Assembly: GCA_017387565.1 (NCBI GenBank)
Contig: JAFOEY010000034.1
Span: 16,607-80,606 of the forward strand
From: Lachnospiraceae bacterium
Lineage (GTDB): Bacteria > Bacillota > Clostridia > Lachnospirales > Lachnospiraceae
Direction of reading: 5' to 3'
DNA length: 64,000 nt
The position numbers and the translations under genes were made by a program. A model generated the notes under the pieces. That model did not search any database, had not been told where the DNA came from, and saw only the letters and a list, made by a program, of their open reading frames with translations. Below, piece after piece: positions 40,010 to 49,741 of this stretch (positions are counted from its first letter, which is position 1; each line of letters starts with the position of its first letter).

Positions 40010-41434
40010 TTAGAAATTGAAATAAATAAACGGATTATAGTTTCCGGCTGCTAAATATCCCAAAGATAATATAAATAACAACATAATTGCAACGGGATAA
40101 ATAACTGATATGACACCATTTTTTAACGAAATTCTTTGATGATACAAGCATTCATTCATTTTACGCGCTACAGGCGTTGCAAAAATAATACCGGCTAAAA
40201 GAAAAATCCAGTTTTCTTTTAAAAGAATAATTGCAAGTCCGCTATAAAAGCCATTTCTATTTAGCCCAAACATGTTTAGAATAAATCTTCCCGCCTGATA
40301 GAGATTATCAGAGCGGAACAATACCCATGCAAAATTTACAATAAACAGCGTATATAAATGTTTCATCCAATTATATTTCATTTTATCAACATATCCAAAA
40401 AATCGTTCTGAAAGCTGAATAACAAAATACAACATCCCCCACAAGACAAATGTCCAATTGGCACCATGCCAAATACCCGTAAGCAACCACACAATAAATA
40501 AATTTCTTACCATTGTATCTTTATTATCAGTACGGCTTCCACCTAGTGGAAAATAGACATATTCCCTAAACCAATCGGTTAATGATATATGCCATCTCTT
40601 CCAAAAATCCTGGATAGAAGTTGCAATATAAGGATAATTAAAGTTTTCTCCAAATTTAAAGCCGAAACAAAGAGCCAATCCAATTGCCATATCCGAATAT
40701 GCGGAAAAGTCATAGTAAATCTGTAATGTATATGCGATACTTCCAAGCCATGCAAGCATTGCAGGAACCACATATTTATCATTACCAATAGAAGACCATC
40801 CAAACACATTATCTGCAATTGCAGCAAAACAATTTGCAAGCAAAACCTTTTTTATTACTCCTACCACAAATCTGCTTATACCAAGTGATAGCTTATTAAA
40901 TGTTACAGTTCTTTTCTGAATAGAACCTGCAATTGTTTTATACTGAATAATTGGTCCGGCTATTAGCTGTGGAAAAAAAGAAAGATATAGTCCAACATAA
41001 AATGGATTTTCAGCAGGAACAATTCCTTTATATACGTCAACCACATAGGATATGGCCTGAAAAGTAAAAAATGATATTCCGATTGGTAATGCAATCTTCA
41101 TCGAATCACATTGTAAATTCTCAGGCAACAATCCAACAACAAATCCTAAATACTTATATATAAATAGAATTCCAAGATTTACTGCTATTGTAAAAATCAA
41201 AAAACACTTTCGTTTTATTTTCTTTCCGCGTGATAATTGATATCCCATTAAACTATTGAATAAAATGGAAAATACTAATATCCAAACATTTCTCGGCTCC
41301 CCCCACGCATAAAACAAAAGACTGACAACTAATAAAACTATGTTTTGTAAAATTCGTGAAAACGAGCAAATAAAATACAGAATTAACGTTATCGGTAGAA
41401 AATAAAATAAAAAAGTGATACTGGAAAATACCAT
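40010..41434 (-). CDS. MBOAT O-acyltransferase (AlgI-like)
   Basis: MVFSSITFLFYFLP, LPIGISFFTFQ, FFPQLIAGPI, ENFNYPY, WHISL, GIWHGANWTFVLWG, NPFIYFNF. Confidence 0.93.
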   Translation of the reverse strand: MVFSSITFLFYFLPITLILYFICSFSRILQNIVLLVVSLLFYAWGEPRNVWILVFSILFNSLMGYQLSRGKKIKRKCFLIFTIAVNLGILFIYKYLGFVVGLLPENLQCDSMKIALPIGISFFTFQAISYVVDVYKGIVPAENPFYVGLYLSFFPQLIAGPIIQYKTIAGSIQKRTVTFNKLSLGISRFVVGVIKKVLLANCFAAIADNVFGWSSIGNDKYVVPAMLAWLGSIAYTLQIYYDFSAYSDMAIGLALCFGFKFGENFNYPYIATSIQDFWKRWHISLTDWFREYVYFPLGGSRTDNKDTMVRNLFIVWLLTGIWHGANWTFVLWGMLYFVIQLSERFFGYVDKMKYNWMKHLYTLFIVNFAWVLFRSDNLYQAGRFILNMFGLNRNGFYSGLAIILLKENWIFLLAGIIFATPVARKMNECLYHQRISLKNGVISVIYPVAIMLLFILSLGYLAAGNYNPFIYFNF

Positions 41435-41452
41435 AGATTTTCTCCTTAACTT

Positions 41453-43063
41453 CTATTTTCGGTTGATCAGTATCGAAGGAATGAGAAACAACGCAATAAT
41501 AACAAATAAGAAGAATGTTGTATTTCCCTTCAAACCTGTTACTATTGTTGTCTGGTCATTTAACTGTGTCAGTAGAATCTGCATATTTTTTCCATGCTTA
41601 CTCAAATAGACTTTAATGTTATATATCTCCTGATCATAATCATCATTGAAACGACTAACTGTTTCACCATTAAACTCATAATCACTCAAGTAATAATTCC
41701 CCGGATTCTCATACGTCGAATCATAATAATCTGCTGCCCAACGATACCATTCTCTTTCTCTTGCAGAATTCAAATATTTTGTAGTTTCATCTATCATAGA
41801 GAAAATGTACTCATCGTTGAGATATCTCCTTCTAAGTGATGCATATCTCGATTTCAGTAAATTTACAAATTTTTTATCCTGACAGAGTTGTTTAAAAAAA
41901 GTTTTTTCCTGCATTGCCAAGGTTAATGGATCCGTCTCATCCATAACCGAGTTATTCATTGCCTGATCAAAGTCCCATACCGGACCTATTTTTAACGCTT
42001 CTCCTTGATTTTTGTACATATAGGTAGAATGTTCTCCGGCATCATAATTTCCAAAAAACTCATTTATCAAAAAATAATCCACAAAAGAACTGATATCAAT
42101 GTATTTCTCATATTGCTTGAAAACTTTTTCATCCTCTGAATATAAAACCTGCTCAATCTTTGAAAAGTCCTGCTCAATATATTTTATGTTTTTCTCAGTC
42201 TGTTTACTGAGCGATGGATATTTAACACCAATCCATCCCGGATCGAATTCATTAAGCCTTCCGTATGTTTCAAGCATTGTATCAAAATTTGTAAATCGGT
42301 CTCGTCTAACCAGATAGGATGTATACGAGTTTTTCGTATTACATTTATCGATATTTACACGTACATCTGACTGTTTAATCTTCTCCATCATAAGATACAC
42401 ACCTTGATATTCATAGGTATCATTCTTTTTAATCAATACTTCACAAAAACGACATCTGGGTGCATATTCCATAATTTGTGATGCAGTCCTATAGGCAATG
42501 TAATTTCGAATCATGCTCTTATCAGCCATGCTACCGTTTAATATCCACGCATCATCTTCTCCCATTCCAAAGATATTTGCTTTCATATCATTGCCGTTTT
42601 CATCTGTTAGACTAATATAATACTGTGGTTTATCAAAAGAAAGAGATGTATGTCCTCTTTTCTTGATTTTCATATTCTCCACCAAAATTGGTTCATCATC
42701 AACAGAATTCTCCATATCAGCATTATCAAAAAGCGTTATCTTTCCATTAACCCAAGGATTCACATCTTCAAAGACTATTTCACCTGTCTCTGTAAATTTC
42801 TTATAAATCGGTAAATCTCCATCTATTTCCAGAACTACCAATGGAAGATTGGAAACAAATCCCGGAAGCATCTGATAATTCTCATCAAGAAATTCCAAAG
42901 GATCTCCTTTTGATTTATCTTCCGGTAATGTTTCATAATATAGATAAGATGATGTATCCTTTTTATTTTTAATGTCTTTAGTATACTTTATATAAGAAAT
43001 CCCAAAAATCAATATACAAACAGACACAATAAAAAGAACCAGTCGCTTTATATTTGCAGTCAT
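41453..43063 (-). CDS. CotH-family atypical kinase, membrane-anchored and extracellular
   Basis: KIKKRGHTS, WILNG..ADKSMIRNY, YQGVYLMMEKI, INEFFGNYDAG, GPVWDFD. TMs at both termini. Confidence 0.88.
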   Translation of the reverse strand: MTANIKRLVLFIVSVCILIFGISYIKYTKDIKNKKDTSSYLYYETLPEDKSKGDPLEFLDENYQMLPGFVSNLPLVVLEIDGDLPIYKKFTETGEIVFEDVNPWVNGKITLFDNADMENSVDDEPILVENMKIKKRGHTSLSFDKPQYYISLTDENGNDMKANIFGMGEDDAWILNGSMADKSMIRNYIAYRTASQIMEYAPRCRFCEVLIKKNDTYEYQGVYLMMEKIKQSDVRVNIDKCNTKNSYTSYLVRRDRFTNFDTMLETYGRLNEFDPGWIGVKYPSLSKQTEKNIKYIEQDFSKIEQVLYSEDEKVFKQYEKYIDISSFVDYFLINEFFGNYDAGEHSTYMYKNQGEALKIGPVWDFDQAMNNSVMDETDPLTLAMQEKTFFKQLCQDKKFVNLLKSRYASLRRRYLNDEYIFSMIDETTKYLNSAREREWYRWAADYYDSTYENPGNYYLSDYEFNGETVSRFNDDYDQEIYNIKVYLSKHGKNMQILLTQLNDQTTIVTGLKGNTTFFLFVIIALFLIPSILINRK

Positions 43064-43075
43064 ATTTACCTCTCA

Positions 43076-43762
43076 TTAGCCAGATATTTCATCATCCTGA
43101 CAAACAACACTAATACTGTTAAGTCCTTCAATTTCACTCAGTTTTTCTTCTAAAGAACCATTTTTCTTTTCGCACTTCTTCATAAAGGCCGATGACGTTT
43201 CAAAAATGCTTTCTCCATCAACACCAATATCAACATTGTGTACTCTTCTGACTGCCTTTTTATCTAAAACTAAATCAACTATCTTTTCAGCCTCTGTTAT
43301 TGCATTTACACTTCCACGGATAATAATTAATGTACGATCTGTATTTCTCACAAATCCAAAAAGAACTAAAAACATAAAGATAACAATGGAACCAAGTAAT
43401 GCAATCAGATAATCAGAAACACCGCAACATATACCTACCGCAACAGCCCAGAAAATGTAAATGGTATCTCTGGGATCTTTAATCGCTGTACGGAAACGTA
43501 CAATGGAAAGCGCACCGACCATACCTAATGAAAGTGAGATGTTATTTCCGATGACACACATAACCATCGTTGTAACAAGCGTAACCATTACCAGTGAAAT
43601 ATTAAAACGTTCGCTGTAAATCGTTCCACTATGGGTAGCACGATATGCCGTATAGATAAGTACTCCGATTAATAAAGCTGCAATTAAATTGATTGCTACA
43701 TCACCAAATGTGACCGCTCCTTCGCCCTGGCTTTGAATCAGATTGTATAATGTTTCCTTCAA
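43076..43762 (-). CDS. DUF4956 family membrane protein
   Basis: NISLSLGMVGALSIVRFRTAIKDPRDT.YIFW signature, TTG start. Confidence 0.9.
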   Translation of the reverse strand: MKETLYNLIQSQGEGAVTFGDVAINLIAALLIGVLIYTAYRATHSGTIYSERFNISLVMVTLVTTMVMCVIGNNISLSLGMVGALSIVRFRTAIKDPRDTIYIFWAVAVGICCGVSDYLIALLGSIVIFMFLVLFGFVRNTDRTLIIIRGSVNAITEAEKIVDLVLDKKAVRRVHNVDIGVDGESIFETSSAFMKKCEKKNGSLEEKLSEIEGLNSISVVCQDDEISG

Positions 43763-43763
43763 C

Positions 43764-44465
43764 TTATTTTCCTCCTCTTTGTCTCAATAACATTCTTGAT
43801 TTAACATATTTACTATTTGAAATCTGAGTGTACATTTTATAACTTAATGCTTTTTTGATATTGCTCATCAGAAATCCGTTATATTTAACCTCAAGTGTGA
43901 TTTCCGTTGGAGATATAAGCGGATACATAATGGCATCTTCCGTAAACAGATTAAAATTGCTCTCACTTCCCCGCAAATTTGTATCAAAGGTAATCCGTGT
44001 ATCATTTTCAGTAATCAGATAGGCAAATCTGTCATATTCCACCATACATTTGGGCCGATATAATCCCATCTGCATAATCAGATAGATATTCTGTGCTAAT
44101 GGTTCCTTCTTTTCTTTTAAATAATGAAAATCCCCTTGTATGAGAGCCTCTGCTTCCTCTCTTTTTATTAAGAGAGAACGTTTTCTTTGTACCCCACCTT
44201 TTTTTTCCTTTAGTTCCAATTTTGCAACGTCCGAATTTGTGTTATATATACGCAGCCTTATTTTTTTTCTGTCATCAACACCATCTTCTTTATCAAAGAA
44301 ATCACTGTCATACAGGGAATCAAAATAGACTGACCGCACAATATATCCACTGCTTCCATTATGTGCATCCTCCTGCATATAGGTGCTTATTCTGCTTTTT
44401 AGAAACTGCATTTCAACCGGGTCTATCAGATACTTTTTTTCAACGCGGTTTACATCAAGGATCAT
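43764..44465 (-). CDS. VTC-like polyphosphate polymerase domain protein (CYTH superfamily)
   Basis: RVEKKY, Y.VRSVYFDS, RKKIRLRIY, KLELKEK, KRSL, YDRFAY...RITFD, LEVKY, SKYV. Confidence 0.9.
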   Translation of the reverse strand: MILDVNRVEKKYLIDPVEMQFLKSRISTYMQEDAHNGSSGYIVRSVYFDSLYDSDFFDKEDGVDDRKKIRLRIYNTNSDVAKLELKEKKGGVQRKRSLLIKREEAEALIQGDFHYLKEKKEPLAQNIYLIMQMGLYRPKCMVEYDRFAYLITENDTRITFDTNLRGSESNFNLFTEDAIMYPLISPTEITLEVKYNGFLMSNIKKALSYKMYTQISNSKYVKSRMLLRQRGGK

Positions 44466-45531
44466 TCGTCTCCTCCTCCCTCTTCAATAAAAGCAAGTCA
44501 TCATATGTATGAAAAATGATTTGTTCATCCTTTTTCAGATATTGAAGCACGATTCCAAGTATGGAAAGTGCAACAAATACCAATGTGACAATCCATATAT
44601 TTTCTATGAACCACCAATACGTAAAATAGGAAAACAAGACCGCTCCTATCAAAGGAACTACCCAAAACTGTTTCCTTTGTAAATAATCATATAACATAGC
44701 TTTTTTAATTATGCTTTCAAAAAGCATCAAAATAAACAACATGAGGCCTAATCCGATGAATGCAAACAGAACAAAAAAGAGCATGAGTGCAAGAAAAGAA
44801 CCATTTATTGCCATTCCCATTTTCATTCCCAAAAGTCCTGAAAGCATTGCAATTACACTTAAAAAAGCATTCCGGATGATTCTTGCTCCCCATATACACA
44901 GCGCCAGGCAAATCATTAGTGTAAAAACCTTCATCAATGGGAATACAACTTCAGGCCGAAAAGAAAACCATACCACCTGCTTCCATTTCGGAATCAAATG
45001 TATTTCATATAAATATTCTTCTGTTTCTTCCGACCACAAAGGAGCTTCTACCACATCAGACTTATTTAGTGAAGCATTATGATCTGAATCATTCTGTATT
45101 AAGAGATATACCCCCACTTTCAGACCATTTGCTTTCCCCACACCCTTTTTACAGGATATTTTGGCAGTTGGTTCAATCTGATTTTCTATTATGTACTCCT
45201 CAATGACATGTGCCACTTCATCAATATCCGTGCCACGCGAAAGCTTTCGATAGGGAGTAATATCTAATTTACTATATGGTTCTATATAGGAAAATGTACC
45301 ATCTTTATATTCAGCAATCTGATAAACATCAATTCCTAAAAAACGAGATTCGTTTTCCAAATCTACAATTAGCGTAATCGGTTCATCCATCAGAATGTCC
45401 GGCTTTTCTATAATTTTCTTTGCATAAACCGGTGCCGAACCCAAAAGACATATGAAAATGATTAAAAAAAGGGCACACCAAAAAGGCGTCCCCACAATGA
45501 GATGTTTTTTCATAGTTCTATTTTCTTCCAT
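44455..45531 (-). CDS. Membrane protein with an extracellular pilin/Cna-like Ig domain
   Basis: Signal-like N-terminus, GIDVYQIA...GLKVGVYLLIQ...Y.IHLIPK, then about 5 TMs. Start uncertain (45513-45609). Confidence 0.6.
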   Translation of the reverse strand: MEENRTMKKHLIVGTPFWCALFLIIFICLLGSAPVYAKKIIEKPDILMDEPITLIVDLENESRFLGIDVYQIAEYKDGTFSYIEPYSKLDITPYRKLSRGTDIDEVAHVIEEYIIENQIEPTAKISCKKGVGKANGLKVGVYLLIQNDSDHNASLNKSDVVEAPLWSEETEEYLYEIHLIPKWKQVVWFSFRPEVVFPLMKVFTLMICLALCIWGARIIRNAFLSVIAMLSGLLGMKMGMAINGSFLALMLFFVLFAFIGLGLMLFILMLFESIIKKAMLYDYLQRKQFWVVPLIGAVLFSYFTYWWFIENIWIVTLVFVALSILGIVLQYLKKDEQIIFHTYDDLLLLKREEETNDP

Positions 45532-45667
45532 ATTCATTTCCCCATTTAATTCCCTTTGTAGTAGGATACCTTGAGGATACCTTGATAAATCCAAAAAATC
45601 AATATGCATTTTTTAGTAAATTACCATTTGTTTTACCAATTTGTACTAGCAGTTTACACAAATTCTC

Positions 45668-45706
45668 AGTGGGGACGGTTCATTTGTCATAAAGAGTGTC
45701 CCCACT
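45668..45706. repeat. Family 3 palindrome at the 5' boundary of the polysaccharide operon
   Basis: AGTGGGGAC-GGTTCATTTGTCATAAAGAGT-GTCCCCACT. Confidence 0.75.
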
Positions 45707-45762
45707 AATCACGGTAAAATGCTTCCGCATCAATTATTTCCTGCGAATCGGAATATTTTTTT

Positions 45763-46527
45763 CTAAAAACTTTTAAAAAGCAAAAACAACCCTTTTAACA
45801 ACAGATCATCATCCAAAATCATATCATGACGACAATGCCTTCCAATCAGCTTACCCAGACCACCTGTGCAAACAATACTGGCCGGAGGTTCTTCCATTTC
45901 CTCGATAAAATGATCTATAATCCCGTCAATGGCTCCTGCCGAGCCGTAAACCAGACCGGATTGCATACTTGTAGTTGTTTCTACAGCAATTGCTTTTTGG
46001 GGTGCAACAATATCAATATCCGGCAATAAAGATGTTCCGGAAACAAGGGCATTTAGTGCCGTTCCTGCGCCCGGAAGAATTGCTCCGCCAATATAAGCAC
46101 CGCTTTTATCCACCACTGTAATTGTCGTAGCAGTACCCATATCAACAATAATACAAGGTAATGGATATAATGACTTTGCAGCCACTGCTGCCACTTCCAG
46201 ATCCGGTGCAATCATGCCTCCGGGAATGGCGCTCATATCCAGACCGGAAGAAAAGTTACCGACTACCAAGGGATCTTTTCCACTCAAAATCTTTAATGCT
46301 TTTTTCAATGATTTTGTAACAGCTGGAGCTACCGAAGAAATAATCATGCCCTCTATTTCATCTATCGTAATTCCGCTTAATTTAAAAATCTGATCAATTT
46401 TAATCGCATATCCGCTATCCGTCTCCTTAATATCTGTAGCAAGACGATAACTTTTAACAATCTTCATATCATCATCCACAAATCCCAAAACGGTATGGGT
46501 GTTTCCGGTATCTACTGCAAAAATCAT
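45763..46527 (-). CDS. coaX: Type III pantothenate kinase
   Basis: AVDTGNTHT, IISSVAP, IVDMGTATT, GGAILPG, CTGG, L.LKGL. Confidence 0.92.
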   Translation of the reverse strand: MIFAVDTGNTHTVLGFVDDDMKIVKSYRLATDIKETDSGYAIKIDQIFKLSGITIDEIEGMIISSVAPAVTKSLKKALKILSGKDPLVVGNFSSGLDMSAIPGGMIAPDLEVAAVAAKSLYPLPCIIVDMGTATTITVVDKSGAYIGGAILPGAGTALNALVSGTSLLPDIDIVAPQKAIAVETTTSMQSGLVYGSAGAIDGIIDHFIEEMEEPPASIVCTGGLGKLIGRHCRHDMILDDDLLLKGLFLLFKSF

Positions 46528-46636
46528 AGTATTTCTCCTATCGTTTGTTATGTAAACTTAAAACATTCAAAAAAGTCTTCATTTATTTATAGCCCGGAGG
46601 CACACCCCGGGCTATTTGCACTATATATACTTATCG

Positions 46637-47212
46637 TTATCGATTAACTGATTTTTTTCCGAGATTAACCAATCTCAAAATCGTAGGTGAAAGAATAATG
46701 TTGATTGCCATTTCTACTAAGAAATTGGTACCTACAAGCCCAACAATCATAAAAGCTCCCGCACTTGCAAAACCTGCACCTTCAGCCCATCCTTCGATTG
46801 TCTCATAAAAGAAAAGTCTGCAACCGATTAAAAAGATGCCGGTATTGACAATCGGAGCACATATTGCTGCAACAACACACGCCAAGTATTTATTTACTTT
46901 TTCCAATGCAAGATAAACTATACCTGCTGCCAGACCCGCAAGTGTTCCTTTCAAAATGACCGTAATAATGGTACCCGGAACACTGATTGCAAGGAAAGCT
47001 CCTGCATCCGTAAAAAGAACGACAACGCTAAACACAAATCCAAGCCATGCACCTGCCTTATATCCATATAGTGCAGCACCTACTACTATTGGAATCAGTA
47101 CAAGTGTAATGTTGAAAATCCCGAATCTGATTGAAATAGCCAATGCCTGTAAGACGATGATGATTGCTGTCAACACGCTTAATCCAACGAGTTTCTTTGT
47201 TTCAAACTTCAT
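46637..47212 (-). CDS. ECF transporter S component (PanT-like)
   Basis: LTAIIIVLQ...ITLVLIPIVVGAALYG..AGAWLGFVFS. Directly upstream of coaX, SigA promoter TTGCAA-17-TATACT at 47292-47264. Confidence 0.75.
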   Translation of the reverse strand: MKFETKKLVGLSVLTAIIIVLQALAISIRFGIFNITLVLIPIVVGAALYGYKAGAWLGFVFSVVVLFTDAGAFLAISVPGTIITVILKGTLAGLAAGIVYLALEKVNKYLACVVAAICAPIVNTGIFLIGCRLFFYETIEGWAEGAGFASAGAFMIVGLVGTNFLVEMAINIILSPTILRLVNLGKKSVNR

Positions 47213-47332
47213 ATTAAGTTCCTCCTGCTACTGTTTTGAATAAATCAAATATAGTGCGAAAAAAGTATAACACTTAATAATTGTTCTTGCAATTCCTTAT
47301 TTTACGATAACCGATAGTATTCCTTCTTCTTT

Positions 47333-48637
47333 CTATAAATCACTGTCTGTTTTCTTACTTTCATTGTAATAAGTGACGATTTCCTTCTTTTTATCCAGAA
47401 ATAAATCCACCAGATCCGGATCAAAATCCGTTCCGGCACCATCCTCAATAATCCGAAAACACTTCTCAAGCGGCATGGCATCGCGATAACATCTTTTTGC
47501 AGATACGGCATCAAATACATCAGCAATTGCCATAATACGCGCATGCAGAGGAATTTCTTCTTTGCTTAATCCATCCGGGTAACCTGTCCCATTCCATTTT
47601 TCATGATGATAACGCGCAACCTCATATGCGACTTTCTCATAATCGGGATCATCCAGGTTAGAAAAAGTTTTTTCGATAATCTCCCCACCGATTTTGGCAT
47701 GGTCTTTCATGATTTCATATTCTTCAGCAGTCAGTTTGCCGGGTTTTTGCAAAATGTGATCAGGTGTCGCAATTTTACCGATATCATGCATGGGTGCGGC
47801 ATCTAAAACATGCATCGCATAGTCTCTGGAAAGAACCGGACGGAATTTAGGATGAAGCCAAAGCGAATCCAGTATTATCCGGACATACTCTCTGGTCCGG
47901 TTGATATGTCCGCCGGTATTATTATCCCGATTTTCAACCAGTGTCGCAAATCCGGTTACCATATTGGCATTGTAATCCTGCAGGCGGCGAAGAGCCGGAT
48001 CTTCAAAATTCACATAGAGGCTGAGTACCGTAAATGCAGGTACAACAGATGTCATCAGTATTTCCGGAAAAATAAGCTGGGCAATCAAAACACCCAGTGC
48101 TAACACCATTAATACAATAATTCCAAATAAATTCTTTTTCTCAATCGTTTTGCGATGAATCAGTATCACACCAAAAATAATGATAAAATGTAAAAACAGG
48201 GATGCAAAGCAAATATAAACAGGAATTCCCATGGAATAGTTGGTTGTACTTCCTTTTACATAATACAACTTATCCATAAACAGAATAATCAATGCAATGG
48301 AACCAAACCCCGGCAACATCAACATAAACCGTGTCGTGGCAGAATTGATACCAATTGTCATCTGGATAATATATAAAAAAATGGCAATTGTCAGCATATC
48401 CATCAAAATGAAAAACAAAGCGTGACAGATCAAATTAAACCAGTCAGGAACTTTGTCCATACGATTGACCGTCCACGCCGTAATTCCATCAAACGCAATT
48501 GCCCATGGCGCAATAATAAGAACGGCATCAAAATAACCATTACAAGGCATCTTTTTTTGAATCGTTTCTTTCATATATTCGGCAGTAAAATATAAAACCA
48601 CCAGTAAACATCCCAGCTGAAGTTTGATATCAGACAT
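47333..48637 (-). CDS. Membrane-bound HD-GYP cyclic dinucleotide phosphodiesterase
   Basis: About 7 TMs, TGGHINR, MHDIGK, HHEKWNGTGYP, ARIMAIADVFDA. Confidence 0.9.
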   Translation of the reverse strand: MSDIKLQLGCLLVVLYFTAEYMKETIQKKMPCNGYFDAVLIIAPWAIAFDGITAWTVNRMDKVPDWFNLICHALFFILMDMLTIAIFLYIIQMTIGINSATTRFMLMLPGFGSIALIILFMDKLYYVKGSTTNYSMGIPVYICFASLFLHFIIIFGVILIHRKTIEKKNLFGIIVLMVLALGVLIAQLIFPEILMTSVVPAFTVLSLYVNFEDPALRRLQDYNANMVTGFATLVENRDNNTGGHINRTREYVRIILDSLWLHPKFRPVLSRDYAMHVLDAAPMHDIGKIATPDHILQKPGKLTAEEYEIMKDHAKIGGEIIEKTFSNLDDPDYEKVAYEVARYHHEKWNGTGYPDGLSKEEIPLHARIMAIADVFDAVSAKRCYRDAMPLEKCFRIIEDGAGTDFDPDLVDLFLDKKKEIVTYYNESKKTDSDL

Positions 48638-48679
48638 AATTCCCTCTTCTATCCTTTAAACCCTTAGTACTTCGATTTT

Positions 48680-48964
48680 TCAGTGTTTCTCATCCTCTAC
48701 ATAATCTTCAATAAATTCCTGAGACAGGTCCGCTTTTAATTCAACCTGATTGCCTTCTTTAAAAGCATCCTTTTGTAACGCCTTCATATCAATGTCATCA
48801 TCTTTTTTAGAAGTGTAAAATCCAAGAGCCAGAGTTACCAAACACAAAAACAGCCAAACGACTCCATTACCAACTTTTCCACCGCCAAAAAATTCCATAC
48901 AGGCATCTATCACAAACAAAAAAGCGGCAGCATAATAAACGATTACCATTGCATTTTTCTTCAT
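48680..48964 (-). CDS. Small membrane protein
   Basis: 94 aa with two TMs and an acidic tail, AGAGGA RBS. Confidence 0.6.
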   Translation of the reverse strand: MKKNAMVIVYYAAAFLFVIDACMEFFGGGKVGNGVVWLFLCLVTLALGFYTSKKDDDIDMKALQKDAFKEGNQVELKADLSQEFIEDYVEDEKH

Positions 48965-49031
48965 TTTATCCTCTTTTCACTCTAAAAACAGTAAGATTAT
49001 GAACAGCGCTTTAACCCCTGGTATCACATAA

Positions 49032-49349
49032 TCACTCATTAACAAATTTTACAGCCGTACCATATGCAATAACTTCCGCAGCACCCTGCATAATTGCAGA
49101 AGAGGCATAACGGACATTAACAATAGCATCTGCACCGAGTGCTTCTGCTTCTACTACCATTCTCTTTGTAGCAAGCGCTCTTGCCTCGTTCATCATTTCA
49201 TTATAAGCCGTCAACTCACCGCCGACTAAGGTTTTAAAACCCGTGGTAATATCCTTACCAACATTTTTGGACTGAATGGTACTACCCTTTACCAGCCCTA
49301 ACATTTCCAATTCTTTTTTGCTGATGTAATCAGTATTGACTAAGATCAT
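49032..49349 (-). CDS. YbjQ/UPF0145 family protein
   Basis: LGLVKGSTI...GGELTAY..MMNEAR..A..RM..EA..LGADAIVNVRY...AYGTAV. Confidence 0.92.
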   Translation of the reverse strand: MILVNTDYISKKELEMLGLVKGSTIQSKNVGKDITTGFKTLVGGELTAYNEMMNEARALATKRMVVEAEALGADAIVNVRYASSAIMQGAAEVIAYGTAVKFVNE

Positions 49350-49557
49350 CTTCTTCTCCCTTTCTTATTTCATGAATTCTTTGTACACAAACATATATCA
49401 TTACACCGGTCAGTAAAACCGGAATAATCCCAAACAATAACTTGATAGCCATTTGATCTATAACAGCAATCAGCACGCCAAAATAGAAAACATAATATGC
49501 AATCATCAGAATCGTAATCACAATCGGCGCAATCATTTTCTTTCCATGTTCATCCAT
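49330..49557 (-). CDS. Small 2-TM protein
   Basis: IAPIVIT...RIHEIRKGEEDDLSQY, GGAGG RBS, overlaps the YbjQ start. Confidence 0.7.
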   Translation of the reverse strand: MDEHGKKMIAPIVITILMIAYYVFYFGVLIAVIDQMAIKLLFGIIPVLLTGVMIYVCVQRIHEIRKGEEDDLSQY

Positions 49558-49604
49558 GGTATCATCCTCCTATTCTTACGCAGTCTCTATTCATTATCTG
49601 TTAC

Positions 49605-49679
49605 TCTTTTGTCTTAATCTGTATTCATCTCTTTTATCTCAATCTGTATATATCTTTTATCTCAATCAGTATACATCTT
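49605..49679. repeat. Degenerate 23-25-bp tandem repeat x3
   Basis: TCTTTT(G/A)TCT(T/C)AATC(T/A)GTAT at 49605, 49630 and 49653. Confidence 0.65.
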
Positions 49680-49741
49680 CCATTTCTCCGCTCGTCTGCT
49701 TCTCTTTACGGATACACATATTTTCATGTCCGTATTTGAGG

